This document shows positions 49,983 through 62,288 of a stretch of DNA of 64,000 nt, piece after piece. Each line of letters starts with the position of its first letter. The stretch's first letter is position 1. The position numbers were made by a program, and so were the translations under genes. This stretch comes from an uncultured delta proteobacterium (GTDB taxonomy: Bacteria > Desulfobacterota > Binatia > UBA9968): NCBI GenBank assembly GCA_963745035.1, contig CAVUVW010000013.1, forward strand, positions 704,001-768,000, read 5' to 3'. Under the pieces are notes generated by a model. That model saw only the letters and a program-made list of their open reading frames with translations. It was not told the origin of the DNA and did no database searches.

Positions 49983-50726
49983 TTAGCCCGAGTTTCTTCT
50001 TTTGATTTCCGCTTCCGTGAGACGCAAATAAACCGGCGCCGATACGCCGCCTTGGTCCCGCGCTGCGCCGGCCACGCGCTCGGCGCCGAGCCTGGCCACT
50101 TCCGCCGCAACCGAAAACCGGCAAGCGCCGGACACGATCGGGATCGTCCCGAGGGAATCGACGAGCCGGCGCTCATGAGCTTTTGCGCCGTCGCCGACAA
50201 GCATCAGGGCGTCGGCAGAAGGCGACCAATGACTTTGCAGAAGACCGACGGCGGCATCGATCGGCATGACCGCATCGTCCGTGACCCGAGAGATATTGCC
50301 GCGCGCGCGCCGAAACAGCGCAACGTAAACCTCACTCTTGCGGGCGTCCAGCATCGAGCCGATCAAAGCATCGCCGCGCCTTACGCGGGCGGCGCTGGCG
50401 TGCAGCGTCGAAACCCCGACGAGCGGCACGCCGGACTCATACGCCAATCCTTTTGCGGTCGCCAGACCGATGCGCAACCCGGTGAAAGAACCCGGCCCGA
50501 TCGATACCGCGATGCCGGATAGTTGCTGTACGGTGACGCCGGTGGTTTCGAAAAGTGTCTGGATAAGCGGGAGAAGGATCTCCGCGTGATTGCTCGGCAG
50601 CTTGCCGTTCGTCGAGCCCATGGCGCCGGCCCATCGCGCTTGCCGCTCCTCCCCGAGCAATGCGCCATCGTCGATAAGAGCAACACTCGCCTCCGGTATC
50701 GCGCAGTCGATACCCAGGATCCTCAT
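49983..50726 (-). CDS. tsaB: tRNA threonylcarbamoyladenosine biosynthesis protein TsaB
   Basis: MRILGID, GPGSFTGLRIG and DARKSEVY. Confidence 0.92.
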   Translation of the reverse strand: MRILGIDCAIPEASVALIDDGALLGEERQARWAGAMGSTNGKLPSNHAEILLPLIQTLFETTGVTVQQLSGIAVSIGPGSFTGLRIGLATAKGLAYESGVPLVGVSTLHASAARVRRGDALIGSMLDARKSEVYVALFRRARGNISRVTDDAVMPIDAAVGLLQSHWSPSADALMLVGDGAKAHERRLVDSLGTIPIVSGACRFSVAAEVARLGAERVAGAARDQGGVSAPVYLRLTEAEIKRRNSG

Positions 50727-51805
50727 CCGCCAACCTGTTTCTCGAAAAATCTCAGGATGTCGTTGTAAAACGCGTAAACCATGAGAAGCGCCAGCAGACA
50801 GATGCCGACTTGCTGCGCCATCTCGCGATATTTCACGGACACCGGCTTGCGAATCACGGCCTCGATAAAAAAGAAAAGTAAATGTCCGCCGTCGAGCACC
50901 GGCACCGGCAGCAGGTTGAGCACTCCGAGATTGATGCTCAAGATCGCCAAAAAAGCGAGAAAGCTGCCGAGCCCCTCCTGGGCCTGCTCTCCCGCCATTT
51001 GCGCGATGAGAATCGGGCCGCCGATATTGCGCGGCGACACGTCTCCGAGGATCATCTTGTAAAACGCCAGCAGCGTAATCTTGGCGTATTCGTACGTCTG
51101 GTAAAAAGCGCGAACGATCGCCAAACCGGGATTGCCTTTTTCGATCGTGACCTGACTGCTGATGCCGATCATCCAATCGTCTTTTCGCTCGCCGAAGATC
51201 GTGCGGCCTTCCTGCTGCCGCGGTTGCGCCGTGAGGTTTACGATCTCCTCGCCGCGGCGGACTTGTAAATCGAGCGTTTTGCCGCCGCTGCCTTTGATTC
51301 TGGTCGAGAGCTCCTCCCATTCCTGCACCGGAGCTCCGTCGATGGCGACGATGCGGTCGCCTTTTTGGAGACCGGCTATTTCCGCGGGGGACCCCATTTC
51401 CACCCCGCTCACCTGTGTCGACATGACCGGCACGCCGTGAAAACTGAACACCAGCATCAGCAGCAGCACCGCCAGCATGAGGTTGAAGACCGGACCCGCC
51501 GCGACGATCGCGATGCGTTTGGTCAAGCTCTTGTGCGCAAACGACCTCTCGACGTCCGCCTGGTCGACCTGTTCATCGGGATCCTCGCCGACCATCTTCA
51601 CGTAGCCGCCGAGCGGAAACGCGCTCAACGCGTATTCCGTCTCGCCGACCTTTTTTTTCCAGAGCTTGGGACCAAAGCCCACCGAGAAAGTGAGCACGCC
51701 GACGCCGGACAACTTGGCGAATAGGAAGTGTCCGAATTCGTGGAATACGATCAGAAGTCCGAGCCCGATGACCGCGGCCCCGATCGAGTAGATCAAATTT
51801 TCCAT
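50723..51805 (-). CDS. rseP: RIP metalloprotease RseP
   Basis: HEFGH, PLGGYV, PDZ domain and NLLPVPVLDGG. Confidence 0.95.
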   Translation of the reverse strand: MENLIYSIGAAVIGLGLLIVFHEFGHFLFAKLSGVGVLTFSVGFGPKLWKKKVGETEYALSAFPLGGYVKMVGEDPDEQVDQADVERSFAHKSLTKRIAIVAAGPVFNLMLAVLLLMLVFSFHGVPVMSTQVSGVEMGSPAEIAGLQKGDRIVAIDGAPVQEWEELSTRIKGSGGKTLDLQVRRGEEIVNLTAQPRQQEGRTIFGERKDDWMIGISSQVTIEKGNPGLAIVRAFYQTYEYAKITLLAFYKMILGDVSPRNIGGPILIAQMAGEQAQEGLGSFLAFLAILSINLGVLNLLPVPVLDGGHLLFFFIEAVIRKPVSVKYREMAQQVGICLLALLMVYAFYNDILRFFEKQVGG

Positions 51806-51830
51806 TCGCTGATCTCCTTCGGCATGCTCG

Positions 51831-52979
51831 CTAGTGAATTAACGCCGACGCTTGACGGCGCGCCCACCGATCGACTTCCAGGATTTCGCCGATTTCTCGC
51901 GCCGGCCGATTGGCATGCTTGTGCATCGTCTTCCTAATTATACGATGTATTTCGCGAAATCCTATCCTGCGGCTCAAAAACGCCTCCACCGCGACTTCGT
52001 TGGCGCCGTTGAGCACCGCGGGCATCGTGCCGCCTTCCCGCAATGCCTGGTAAGCGAGCGACAAGGCGGGAAAGCGCTTTTTTTCCACCGGCAAAAAATT
52101 CAACTCGCCGTGCTCGGTCAGATCGAGCGGGCGCCAGCTGCCCTTCAACCGATGTGGGAAGGACAAGGCATAGGCGATCGGAATGCGCATATCGGCAATG
52201 CCGAGCTGCGCTATAATCGACCCGTCCTGATAGCGCACCATCGAATGGATCACGCTCTGAGGATGAATCACGACCTGGATCGCGCTCGCATCCATATCGA
52301 ATTCCCAGCGCGCCTCAATGACCTCCAGGCCTTTGTTCATCATGGTCGCCGAATCGACGGTGATTTTTTGACCCATTTTCCAATTGGGGTGTCGCAGCGC
52401 CTGCTTCACCGTCACTCGGTCGAGTCGGCCCAGGGGCGTGCGCAGGAACGGCCCGCCGGAAGCTGTCAGGATAATTTTATCGACTTCAGCGCGTTGATTG
52501 CCCTGCAGGCACTGGAAAATCGCGCTGTGTTCGCTATCGACGGGCAGGAATCGAACGCCCTTTTTTTTGGCTGCTTCGACGAAGATTTCACCGGCCATCA
52601 CCAGAGCTTCTTTGTTGGCCAGAGCAATTTCTTTGCCGGCGAGCAACCCGGTGAGACAAGGTACCAAGCCGGCGCCACCGACGATCGCCGCGAGCACCAC
52701 GTCGACCTCCGGAGCAGATGCAACCGCCGCCGCACCGGCCTCGCCGCATAAGATTTCCGTCTTGCTGCGGCCGAGGAGAGCTCGAAGTTTAGGCACGTCC
52801 TGTTCGTATTTGATGGCGACGCAACTCGGCGAAAACTCTTTGACCTGTTTGGCGAGCAGCGCAAGATTTTTACCTGCGGCCATCCCGGATATTTTGAATC
52901 GGTCCGGAAATTCGCGCGCCAAGGCGAGCGTGCTCACCCCGATGGATCCGGTGGAACCCAGCAAAGCGATTCGTTTCAC
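51831..52979 (-). CDS. dxr: 1-deoxy-D-xylulose 5-phosphate reductoisomerase
   Basis: LGSTGSIG, ANKE, PVDSEH and DSATMMNKGLE. Confidence 0.96.
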   Translation of the reverse strand: MKRIALLGSTGSIGVSTLALAREFPDRFKISGMAAGKNLALLAKQVKEFSPSCVAIKYEQDVPKLRALLGRSKTEILCGEAGAAAVASAPEVDVVLAAIVGGAGLVPCLTGLLAGKEIALANKEALVMAGEIFVEAAKKKGVRFLPVDSEHSAIFQCLQGNQRAEVDKIILTASGGPFLRTPLGRLDRVTVKQALRHPNWKMGQKITVDSATMMNKGLEVIEARWEFDMDASAIQVVIHPQSVIHSMVRYQDGSIIAQLGIADMRIPIAYALSFPHRLKGSWRPLDLTEHGELNFLPVEKKRFPALSLAYQALREGGTMPAVLNGANEVAVEAFLSRRIGFREIHRIIRKTMHKHANRPAREIGEILEVDRWARRQASALIH

Positions 52980-53782
52980 GGATGAAATACCTTTAGATAC
53001 GCGCTCGTGAACACAGCGGGAAAGATCAAGCTGTCGAGCCGGTCGAGCAACCCGCCATGGCCGGGCAAGAGCCTTCCGGAGTCTTTGACAGCAAAGACTC
53101 GCTTCAGCCACGACTCGAAAAGATCGCCCAGCTGCCCGAGCACGCCGATCAACACCGACAGCAGGAGAACTTCCGCCCAACTGAAGCGGTGAAACAGCAC
53201 CGCGGCACCCAAAACACCCGCCACAGCCGCGCCGGCGAGATAGCCCCAAGCCCCCGCGATCGTCTTGCCCGGGCTGATTTGCGGCGCCAGCCTGCGCGCT
53301 CCGAAGCGCCGCCCGGCGAAATAGGCGGCGGAATCGCCGATCATCACCACGGACAATAGCCAAAACGTCCAGGCGCGGCCGTCGGGGCCGCGAAACAACA
53401 AGACCCAGTGGGGAAAAAGAAATCCGACATAGATGGCCCCCAGCATCGTGAGCAGCAAGCCGTGCAGCCGCTCAGCCAATTCGCCAGGCGTCAGCAGACA
53501 GGCCGAAAAAGCGATGAGAAACAGCATGCCGAGCCAGATCACTCCACGCAGCTGGTCTTCAAAAAAAACCGTCGCTGCCAAGGCGAGGCCGAAAACAACC
53601 CCACAAAGTTGTTTTAAGAGCCGCTCAGGAAAGGCCATGGCGAAAAACTCGCGCAAAGCGGCGATTGTGAGCACAAACAGGACGGCGGCAAACAACCACG
53701 GCGCGCCCCAGCCAACCAGCCATATCAGCACCGGCACGCCGATCGCCGCAGTAACGATCCGTAAGCTAAGATTGGCGTCCAT
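52976..53782 (-). CDS. cdsA: Phosphatidate cytidylyltransferase
   Basis: DSAAYFAG, ISPGKT and GDLFESWLKR...KDSG..LPGHGG.LDRLDS. Confidence 0.94.
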   Translation of the reverse strand: MDANLSLRIVTAAIGVPVLIWLVGWGAPWLFAAVLFVLTIAALREFFAMAFPERLLKQLCGVVFGLALAATVFFEDQLRGVIWLGMLFLIAFSACLLTPGELAERLHGLLLTMLGAIYVGFLFPHWVLLFRGPDGRAWTFWLLSVVMIGDSAAYFAGRRFGARRLAPQISPGKTIAGAWGYLAGAAVAGVLGAAVLFHRFSWAEVLLLSVLIGVLGQLGDLFESWLKRVFAVKDSGRLLPGHGGLLDRLDSLIFPAVFTSAYLKVFHP

Positions 53783-54545
53783 CGGCCCTTGCCGGCAGCT
53801 CCATCGGCTCGCTCGTCTGCTCGTCGGTGCGGCCGAAGCGGCGGCGGCGGCGCTGATATGCGAGCAGGGCCTCGAGATACTCCGTCTGGCGGAAGTCCGG
53901 CCACAAGGTCGGCGTGACGTACAGCTCGCTGTACGCAATCTGCCACAGGTAGAAATTGCTGATGCGCATCTCACCGCTGGTGCGAATCAAGAGATCGGGA
54001 TCGGGCACCTCCGCGCTGTCCAGATAAGCCGCCACCGTGCGCTCGTCGATGCGCTCGGGATCGAGCCGACCCTTGCGCGCCTCGTGGGCCAGCCGCTTCG
54101 CCATGCGCACGATTTCGTCGCGCCCGCTGTAGCTCAGCGCCAGCACTACGGTCATGCGCCCGTTGTCGCGCGTCAACGCGATGGTTTCCTCCAAGGCCGC
54201 CTTGACGCTCGCGGGCAGCCGAGAATGGTCGCCGATCGCCACCAGCCGAATGCCGTAGCGCATCATCTTGGCGCGCTCGCCGGCGAGATACTGCTCGAGC
54301 AGCCCCATGAGGGCGTCGACCTCATCATGCGGGCGAAACCAGTTTTCCGTGGAAAATGCGTACAGAGAAAGATAGCGAACGCCGATCTTGCGGCTCATCT
54401 CGACGATGGCGCGCACCGAAGTCTTGCCGCGCCGGTGTCCTTCGATCCGGCTCTTGCCCCGCAGCTTGGCCCAGCGACCGTTGCCGTCCATGATAATCGC
54501 GACGTGTTGAGGCAAGCGGGCTTTGTCTAAGCCGTCTAGCTCCAT
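53766..54545 (-). CDS. uppS: Undecaprenyl diphosphate synthase
   Basis: HVAIIMDGNGRWA, FSTENW and IRTSGEMRISNF. Confidence 0.96.
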   Translation of the reverse strand: MELDGLDKARLPQHVAIIMDGNGRWAKLRGKSRIEGHRRGKTSVRAIVEMSRKIGVRYLSLYAFSTENWFRPHDEVDALMGLLEQYLAGERAKMMRYGIRLVAIGDHSRLPASVKAALEETIALTRDNGRMTVVLALSYSGRDEIVRMAKRLAHEARKGRLDPERIDERTVAAYLDSAEVPDPDLLIRTSGEMRISNFYLWQIAYSELYVTPTLWPDFRQTEYLEALLAYQRRRRRFGRTDEQTSEPMELPARADGRQS

Positions 54546-54640
54546 CGCGTTGTGGACCAGGTCAATGGCATGAGGAGATACTCGAGCGGGGAATGGGATG
54601 TCTGTCCGAGCACGGCGCGTGCTTTTCCAGTTCGCGCGCC

Positions 54641-55944
<1,304 letters not shown>

Positions 55945-55948
55945 CTAG

Positions 55949-56566
55949 CTAGTCTTTCGCGCTCGCTTCACCCAGATGATAGCGCGCAAAACGCCGGATC
56001 TGAATATTCTCGCCCAGACGTGCGATCGCGTCGTTGATCACGCCGGAAATATTCTTGTCCGGATCTTTAATGAAGGACTGCTCCATCAGGCAAACCTCGG
56101 AATAAAACCGCTCGAGCTTGCCTTCGACAATTTTCTCGATGACTTTTTCGGGCTTGCCCGTGTCCAAGGCCTGCTGGCGGTAGATCGCTTTTTCTTTCTC
56201 GAGCTCGTCGGCGGGCACTTCCTCGCGCCGCACCACCCGCGGATTCGCCGCCGCAACCTGCATGGCGATGTCTTTGAGCAACGCCTGGAACTCGGCCGTG
56301 CGCGCGACGAAGTCGGTCTCGCAGTTGATTTCCACCAGCACGCCGATCTTGCCGCCCGGATGCACGTACGCGCCGACCGCACCATCGGTGGCCGCCCGGT
56401 CCGCCTTTTTCGCCGCCGCTGCCAACCCTTTCTGGCGCAAAAAGTCCACGGCCTTCTGCAAGTCCCCGCCGGTCTCGGCGAGGGCTTTCTTGCAGTCCAT
56501 CATCCCCGCTCCGGTTCTTTCCCGGAGCTCCTTTACGGTACTCGCGCTGACTTCCATCGCAGTCAT
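55949..56566 (-). CDS. tsf: Elongation factor Ts, short form
   Basis: [19 protein letters not shown] and [10 protein letters not shown]. Confidence 0.96.
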   Translation of the reverse strand: MTAMEVSASTVKELRERTGAGMMDCKKALAETGGDLQKAVDFLRQKGLAAAAKKADRAATDGAVGAYVHPGGKIGVLVEINCETDFVARTAEFQALLKDIAMQVAAANPRVVRREEVPADELEKEKAIYRQQALDTGKPEKVIEKIVEGKLERFYSEVCLMEQSFIKDPDKNISGVINDAIARLGENIQIRRFARYHLGEASAKD

Positions 56567-57342
56567 ACTCCCGCTGCCAAGGCGGTGTCGGAAGGGCCGC
56601 CCGGCAAATCGGCCGGCGACCGCTCTTCCTCTTTGCTCTTGTTCAAAGACTGTTCGTAAAGCGTTTTTCCCTCGATAATCGCATCCGCGATTACCGTGCA
56701 AAATAAACGGATCGCGCGAATAGCGTCGTCGTTTCCCGGCACCTTGTAGTCCACCATATCCGGATCACAATTGCTGTCGATGACCGCGATGACCGGCACG
56801 CCGAGCTTGCGCGCCTCTTTTACCGCGATCTCTTCCTGCTTGGGATCGATCACGAAGATCGCGTCCGGCAGCTTGCGCATGGCCTTGATGCCGCCGAGGG
56901 CCTGCTCAAGCTTGGCCTTCTCGCGCGAAAGACCGAGCATTTCTTTCTTTGTCAACGCATCGACGATCTTGGGATCATTTTCCATTTCTTCGATTTTGCG
57001 CAGGCGCTCGATGCTCTGGCGAATGGTCGTAAAATTGGTGAGGGTGCCGCCGAGCCAGCGATTGTGCACGTAAAACATGCCGCAGCGTGTCGCTTCCTCG
57101 CGAATTGCATCCTGGGCCTGCTTCTTGGTGCCGACGAACAGAATATGCCCGCCGGACGCCGCCAGATCGCGCACCACCGTCTCCAGCTCCTTGAACATGG
57201 TGACAGTTTGCTGGAGATCAATAATGTGAATGCCGTTTCGGGCGCCGAAAATATACGGCTTCATCTTCGGGTTCCAGCGGCTGGTTTGGTGGCCAAAATG
57301 AACACCGGCCTCCAAAAGTTGCTTCATCGAGATTTCGCTCAT
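56563..57342 (-). CDS. rpsB: 30S ribosomal protein S2
   Basis: [19 protein letters not shown] and PGNDDAIRA. Confidence 0.98.
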   Translation of the reverse strand: MSEISMKQLLEAGVHFGHQTSRWNPKMKPYIFGARNGIHIIDLQQTVTMFKELETVVRDLAASGGHILFVGTKKQAQDAIREEATRCGMFYVHNRWLGGTLTNFTTIRQSIERLRKIEEMENDPKIVDALTKKEMLGLSREKAKLEQALGGIKAMRKLPDAIFVIDPKQEEIAVKEARKLGVPVIAVIDSNCDPDMVDYKVPGNDDAIRAIRLFCTVIADAIIEGKTLYEQSLNKSKEEERSPADLPGGPSDTALAAGV

Positions 57343-57349
57343 TCTTCGC

Positions 57350-57432
57350 TCCTTGGTTTATCCTCCCCTCTCTTCACCTCCGCGCCGGACCTAACGGCAA
57401 CCCCGGCGCAGATCGGAAAGGGTGTGTAATTA
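57350..57432 (-). promoter_or_regulatory. rpsB (S2) autoregulatory leader-like structure
   Basis: mRNA ACACACC...GGGGUU...GGAGGAUAAACC with a nested GCGCCGG/CCGGCGC stem directly upstream of rpsB. Confidence 0.55.
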
Positions 57433-57558
57433 AAATGTAATTGGAACCGCGCGCCAGGGTTACGCTCGGCCACGATCCCAAAAACTTCGAAAGGTCTTGA
57501 TAACCTTGCGCTTGTAACAGAGTTCGATAGATGACGCAAGATTGGACAAACGGAGAGA

Positions 57559-58863
57559 CTATTGGTTCATGGATTCGAGAAATTCCTTGTTGGTCTTGGT
57601 TCCATGCATCTTATCCAGGAGGAACTCCATGGCGTCAACGACGCTCAACTGCGACAGAACCTTGCGCAAGATCCAAATGCGATTGAGATCCTCTTTGGCG
57701 ATCAACAGCTCCTCTTTGCGCGTTCCGGACTTGTTGATGTCGATCGCCGGGAAAACCCGTTTATCCATCAAACGCCGGTCCAGATGAACCTCCATATTGC
57801 CCGTGCCTTTAAACTCTTCGAAAATCACTTCGTCCATCCGACTGCCGGTGTCGATCAATGCGGTTGCGATAATCGTCAAACTGCCGCCGTCCTCGATGTT
57901 GCGCGCGGCGCCGAAAAACTTTTTCGGTTTGTGCAGCGCATTGGAATCGACGCCGCCGGAAAGAATCTTGCCGCTCGGTGGCACCACAGTGTTGTACGCG
58001 CGCGCCAGCCGGGTAATGCTGTCGAGCAAGATCACCACATCTTTGCCGTGCTCGACCAGGCGCTTGGCCTTTTCAATCACCATTTCGGCCACCTGCACGT
58101 GCCGGGTGGCAGGCTCGTCAAAGGTAGAGCTGATCACTTCGCCGTCGACCGAACGCTGCATGTCGGTCACTTCCTCGGGCCGTTCATCGATCAACAAGAC
58201 GATGAGAATGACTTCTTTTTGATTGTACGCGATCGCTTTGGCGATGTGCTGCAGCATCATCGTCTTGCCCGTGCGCGGCGCCGCGACGATCAGACCACGC
58301 TGCCCCTTCCCGATCGGCGTCAGCAAATCGACGATCCGCGTGGTATAGTCGTCCGGCTGGCATTCGAGCCGCAAGCGCTCATTTGGATAAAGCGGCGTCA
58401 GGTTGTCAAAAAGGATTTTTTCGCGCGCTCTCTCTGGATCTTCATAATTGATGGTTTCCACTTTGAGCAGAGCGAAATAGCGCTCGCCCTCTTTGGGCGG
58501 CCGAATATGACCGGAGATGATATCGCCGGTGCGTAGGGTAAACCGGCGAATCTGGCTGGGGGAGACGTAAATGTCGTCTGGACCGGGAAGATAGTTATAG
58601 TCGGGCGCGCGCAGAAAACCAAAACCGTCCGGCAATGTTTCCAGAACGCCCTCGCCGTAAATATGCCCATTCTGTTCGGTCTGCGCTTGCAGGATCGCAA
58701 AAATCAACTCCTGCTTGCGCATGTTGGCCGCGCCCTCGATGTTGAAGTTTTTGCCGATCAGCGCAAGATCGCTGATTTTTTTCTCCTTGAGAGCTTTCAG
58801 GTTCAAACTGTTATCCTCGACTGCGGCCTCGGGCTCGGCGACGCGAGTTCTACCACGTACCAT
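57559..58863 (-). CDS. rho: Transcription termination factor Rho
   Basis: [25 protein letters not shown] and [10 protein letters not shown]. Confidence 0.98.
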   Translation of the reverse strand: MVRGRTRVAEPEAAVEDNSLNLKALKEKKISDLALIGKNFNIEGAANMRKQELIFAILQAQTEQNGHIYGEGVLETLPDGFGFLRAPDYNYLPGPDDIYVSPSQIRRFTLRTGDIISGHIRPPKEGERYFALLKVETINYEDPERAREKILFDNLTPLYPNERLRLECQPDDYTTRIVDLLTPIGKGQRGLIVAAPRTGKTMMLQHIAKAIAYNQKEVILIVLLIDERPEEVTDMQRSVDGEVISSTFDEPATRHVQVAEMVIEKAKRLVEHGKDVVILLDSITRLARAYNTVVPPSGKILSGGVDSNALHKPKKFFGAARNIEDGGSLTIIATALIDTGSRMDEVIFEEFKGTGNMEVHLDRRLMDKRVFPAIDINKSGTRKEELLIAKEDLNRIWILRKVLSQLSVVDAMEFLLDKMHGTKTNKEFLESMNQ

Positions 58864-59160
58864 ACACTATGAATCTCCTTTCATTACTTCGAAGCAATGC
58901 CCGATGGACCGCATCAGGCGTGCGCATATCATTAAGTTACGCTGCTACCGTATCGAAAGACGTGCGACCACCCATGAAGGATTGCCTAGTCGTGAGTTAC
59001 GAACGGTTTTTGGCAGGCGCATGTCAGTGCGACAGGACGTACGACGCAGACGAAAATCTCTTTTTCGAGAAACAAATCAAGTTTGAACGTTGCCGTCGAG
59101 TGAATTCTATTCGTGTGGGGGATGACTCAAAGAACTGTCGAGTGAAATCTACCTGTACGA

Positions 59161-59189
59161 ATAGTATTTAAATCGCGGTCCCTTGTCAA
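59161..59189 (-). promoter_or_regulatory. Sigma70-type promoter of rho
   Basis: TTGACA-N17-TACTAT, about 300 nt upstream of the rho start. Confidence 0.65.
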
Positions 59190-59219
59190 CCCCTCTATCG
59201 TCGTTGGCCACTTCGGCGT

Positions 59220-60233
59220 TTACGCCGAGCGCTCGCACAGACGCAACAATGCGGCAAAATCATCCGATAGCGGCGCGGTAAAGCTCATGGGCCGCCCGCT
59301 GTGCACGTGCTTTACGCGCAACTTCTCGGCATGAAGCGCTTGTCGCGAGAAGCGCGCCAAAGCGCGCCCTATAGGGAGTTCCTGCGGAGCGAGCACGCGT
59401 TTGCCGCCGTACACTGGATCTCCCACTAGGGCATGCCCGAGGTCGGCGAGGTGAACACGGATCTGATGCGTGCGCCCGGTGCGCGGCCGAAGCCGCAACA
59501 GAGTCAGCCCGGCGTCCGGCGTCTTGACTCCAGCGAGCGCGAACCGCCTCTCCACCGACCACTCGGTCAACGCCGCGCGGGATCTATAGATACGATGCAG
59601 GCTTGACATCTTCTTTCGATTTGATCGATGGCGACCAATGGGGCGGTCGATAACGCCCTGATCGGGCTTTAAGTTGCCCCAAACAAGAGCGACGTATTCC
59701 TTCTCGACGCTGCGGTTCTTAAACTGAAGCACCAGAGATTGATAGGCGACGGCGTTCTTGGCGACGATCATCACTCCGGACGTGTCTTTGTCCAGCCGGT
59801 GCACGATGCCCGGGCGGCGCACGCCGCCGACTCCCTCGATATCGGGGCAATGATGCAAGAGCGCGTTGACCAGCGTTCCTGTCCAATGGCCGGCCGCGGG
59901 ATGAACCGTGATTCCGGGCGCCTTGTTGATCACGACGCAATCCGCGTCTTCATAAAGAATATCCAACGGCAGAGCTTCCGGATGAACCGTCGAGTCGCGC
60001 GGCGGCAACAAGCGGATATCGATTCGATCGTTGGGTCGGATACGGGTACTGGGCTTAGCGCGGACGCCGTTGAGCGTAATTTGCCCCTCGCCGATCAGGC
60101 GTTGGATTTCGGAGCGGCTGAGCGCTTCGCCGAAGTCACCGGCGGAATGGAAACGGCCGGCGAGGAACAGGTCAAGCCGCGCTCCCGCTAAACGTTCGTC
60201 GATCAGCAACCGCCGGGATCTAACTTCATTCAT
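59220..60233 (-). CDS. rluD: RluA-family pseudouridine synthase, RluD-like
   Basis: S4 domain, GIVHRLDKDTSG, TGRTHQIRVH and QALHA. Confidence 0.88.
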   Translation of the reverse strand: MNEVRSRRLLIDERLAGARLDLFLAGRFHSAGDFGEALSRSEIQRLIGEGQITLNGVRAKPSTRIRPNDRIDIRLLPPRDSTVHPEALPLDILYEDADCVVINKAPGITVHPAAGHWTGTLVNALLHHCPDIEGVGGVRRPGIVHRLDKDTSGVMIVAKNAVAYQSLVLQFKNRSVEKEYVALVWGNLKPDQGVIDRPIGRHRSNRKKMSSLHRIYRSRAALTEWSVERRFALAGVKTPDAGLTLLRLRPRTGRTHQIRVHLADLGHALVGDPVYGGKRVLAPQELPIGRALARFSRQALHAEKLRVKHVHSGRPMSFTAPLSDDFAALLRLCERSA

Positions 60234-61191
60234 GCAACAGGCACGAAGCGGCGCCGGGTCGGATGTCCAGTTCGCGAAAAATCGCCTCGGCGTTCGACAC
60301 GTCTTTACGAATCTGCGCGACCAATTCCGCCGCTGAAGAAAACTTGGCTTCGGCGCGTAGCCGCTCGACGAACGACAGGCGCACCTCTGCGCCGTAAATA
60401 GTCTCGTCGAAATCCATGATAAAACTTTCCACGGTCTTCGGCCCGGCGCCGAAGGTCGGGTTGAATCCGATACTGCTGACGCTCGGCAGCGTCCGCGCGC
60501 CCAGATGAAACAGCGTCGCGTAAATTCCATCCTCGGGCAGCACTTCGGTGCGCGAAGCGATATTGGCGGTGGGAAAACCCAAGTCCTTGCCGCGCCGCTG
60601 GCCTTCGACGACGCGTCCGGAGAGAAAAGGGTAGCGGCCCAACATCGCTTTGGCATCGCCGATTCGGCCGGTGGCAAGCAACTCGCGGATGCGCGAGCTG
60701 CTTACCCGATCCCCATTGACGAGGATCGGCTCGACCACCGCAACTGTAAAGCCATGATTACCGCCCCAGCGAATCAAGTCTTCGACTCCGCCTTTTCTTG
60801 CGCGGCCAAAACGAAAATCCTTGCCGACCCAGACCTTTCTCGTTTTTAGTCGTCCGACGAGCAGCTCGCGCACAAACTGTTCCGCCTCGATTTTTGCAAA
60901 CGAAAGATCGAAGGGTTGCACGGCAACGGTGTCGACGCCGAGATTGCGCAGCATACGCAGCTTGTCCTTGTGCGCGAGAATCAGTTTGGGTGCCCGTTCA
61001 GGCGCAAGAATTTTCAGCGGGTGGGGCTCAAAGGTTAGTACTACGGACGGCGCGCCGAGCTTCTTGGCGTCCGCCACCGCCCCGCTGATGAGCGCCTGAT
61101 GACCGAGATGAAGTCCGTCAAAATTGCCGAGAGTGACGACAGAACTTAGGAGCTTCCAGCCCTGTTCATCCAGATGGCGTATGATCTGCAT
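60226..61191 (-). CDS. ribF: Bifunctional riboflavin kinase/FAD synthetase
   Basis: GNFDGLHLGH, VSSSRIR and LGFPTAN. Confidence 0.96.
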   Translation of the reverse strand: MQIIRHLDEQGWKLLSSVVTLGNFDGLHLGHQALISGAVADAKKLGAPSVVLTFEPHPLKILAPERAPKLILAHKDKLRMLRNLGVDTVAVQPFDLSFAKIEAEQFVRELLVGRLKTRKVWVGKDFRFGRARKGGVEDLIRWGGNHGFTVAVVEPILVNGDRVSSSRIRELLATGRIGDAKAMLGRYPFLSGRVVEGQRRGKDLGFPTANIASRTEVLPEDGIYATLFHLGARTLPSVSSIGFNPTFGAGPKTVESFIMDFDETIYGAEVRLSFVERLRAEAKFSSAAELVAQIRKDVSNAEAIFRELDIRPGAASCLLHE

Positions 61192-61428
61192 CGATGGTAA
61201 ACCGCCGCAACGTAGCTGGCGCGATCACGTCTCCGATTCGATCCCTGGCGAGCGACGCCTGAATACGCGCGAGATTTTCTTTTGCGCCCATCCGCCTCGA
61301 CCATGGTTTTGCCCCTGCGGCATAACGTAACTGCGAGCGGTGGACCTCTTTATGACACCGAGAAGCGCGCTCACGCCCCGGCAAGGAATGACAAAATGGA
61401 CCGGCCGAGCCGGCCTAAGCGGGGCACA

Positions 61429-62274
61429 TTAAGATTCGAGCGCCTTCAGCCGCTGCTTTGCTCTGGCCGCCTCCGCCGACTGAGGATACCTCTCGACCAG
61501 CTCCTGCAATACCAAACGGGCGTTGAGCTTTTCTCCGAGCTCGGCGAAAGCCACGCCTTGCCCGAGAAGCGCCGCCGCGACTTTCTCATTTTGGGGAAAC
61601 CGCCGACGCACTTCGTCGAATTCGATAATCGCGTTGTTGAATTCCTTAATCGCCAGATAGCTCTCGCCGATCAGGTATTGAGCCTCCGGCGCCAATTTAC
61701 TCTTGGGGTTTTTCTTCAGAAATTCTTTGAATCGTGCGATCGCCGTACGGTGGTCTTTCTTTTCGAAAGCGCGCCAGCCGCTCTCATAATCACGGCGCAC
61801 CGTCTCCGACTCGGCAAGCGCGGGATCTCCGCCGCTTGGCGCCCTCACTGTCGCCGCCTGCGCCTGCATCGATTCGCGCAGTTGCCTCAACTCTTCTTCA
61901 CGAATCCGCAACAGCTCAGCCTGCGCCTTAGCGTCTTCCTCGAGCTTGGCTAACCGCGCTTCCATGTTTTTGACCCGTTGATCCCCTTCGCGGCTCGTTT
62001 GCCCGAGCTGCCGTCCGACCTGCGTTTTGGTTTCGTCGATGCGCTCGCGGATCGCGCTGATTTCCCGTTGAATCTGTTGAATGTTTGCGCGTGTATCCGC
62101 CAGTGTCGCGCGAAACCCGTCCACGTCGGAATGCAAAGTATTCATGTCGCCGCGCAAGCGCCGCTGTTCCCGCTCGAGTAATTCGACCTGCTGCGGATTT
62201 ACGCAAGCCGAAAACCACAGGCCTGCCGACAATACCGCAGAGAGAAAAACCGGATTCTTAAATATTCGATTCAA
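61429..62274 (-). CDS. ybgF: Tol-Pal system protein YbgF/CpoB
   Basis: Lipoprotein-like signal (FSAC), coiled coil and TPR C-terminus (AQYLIGESY, YPQSAEA); directly downstream of pal. Confidence 0.88.
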   Translation of the reverse strand: MNRIFKNPVFLSAVLSAGLWFSACVNPQQVELLEREQRRLRGDMNTLHSDVDGFRATLADTRANIQQIQREISAIRERIDETKTQVGRQLGQTSREGDQRVKNMEARLAKLEEDAKAQAELLRIREEELRQLRESMQAQAATVRAPSGGDPALAESETVRRDYESGWRAFEKKDHRTAIARFKEFLKKNPKSKLAPEAQYLIGESYLAIKEFNNAIIEFDEVRRRFPQNEKVAAALLGQGVAFAELGEKLNARLVLQELVERYPQSAEAARAKQRLKALES

Positions 62275-62288
62275 GGCCAGACCCTCGA

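Noticed and set aside
55949-56566. EF-Ts of only about 200 aa
   Set aside because: Short EF-Ts forms are well known; this is not a truncation.
61192-61428. Possible tRNA or ncRNA downstream of ybgF
   Set aside because: No cloverleaf, T-loop motif or CCA end recognisable.
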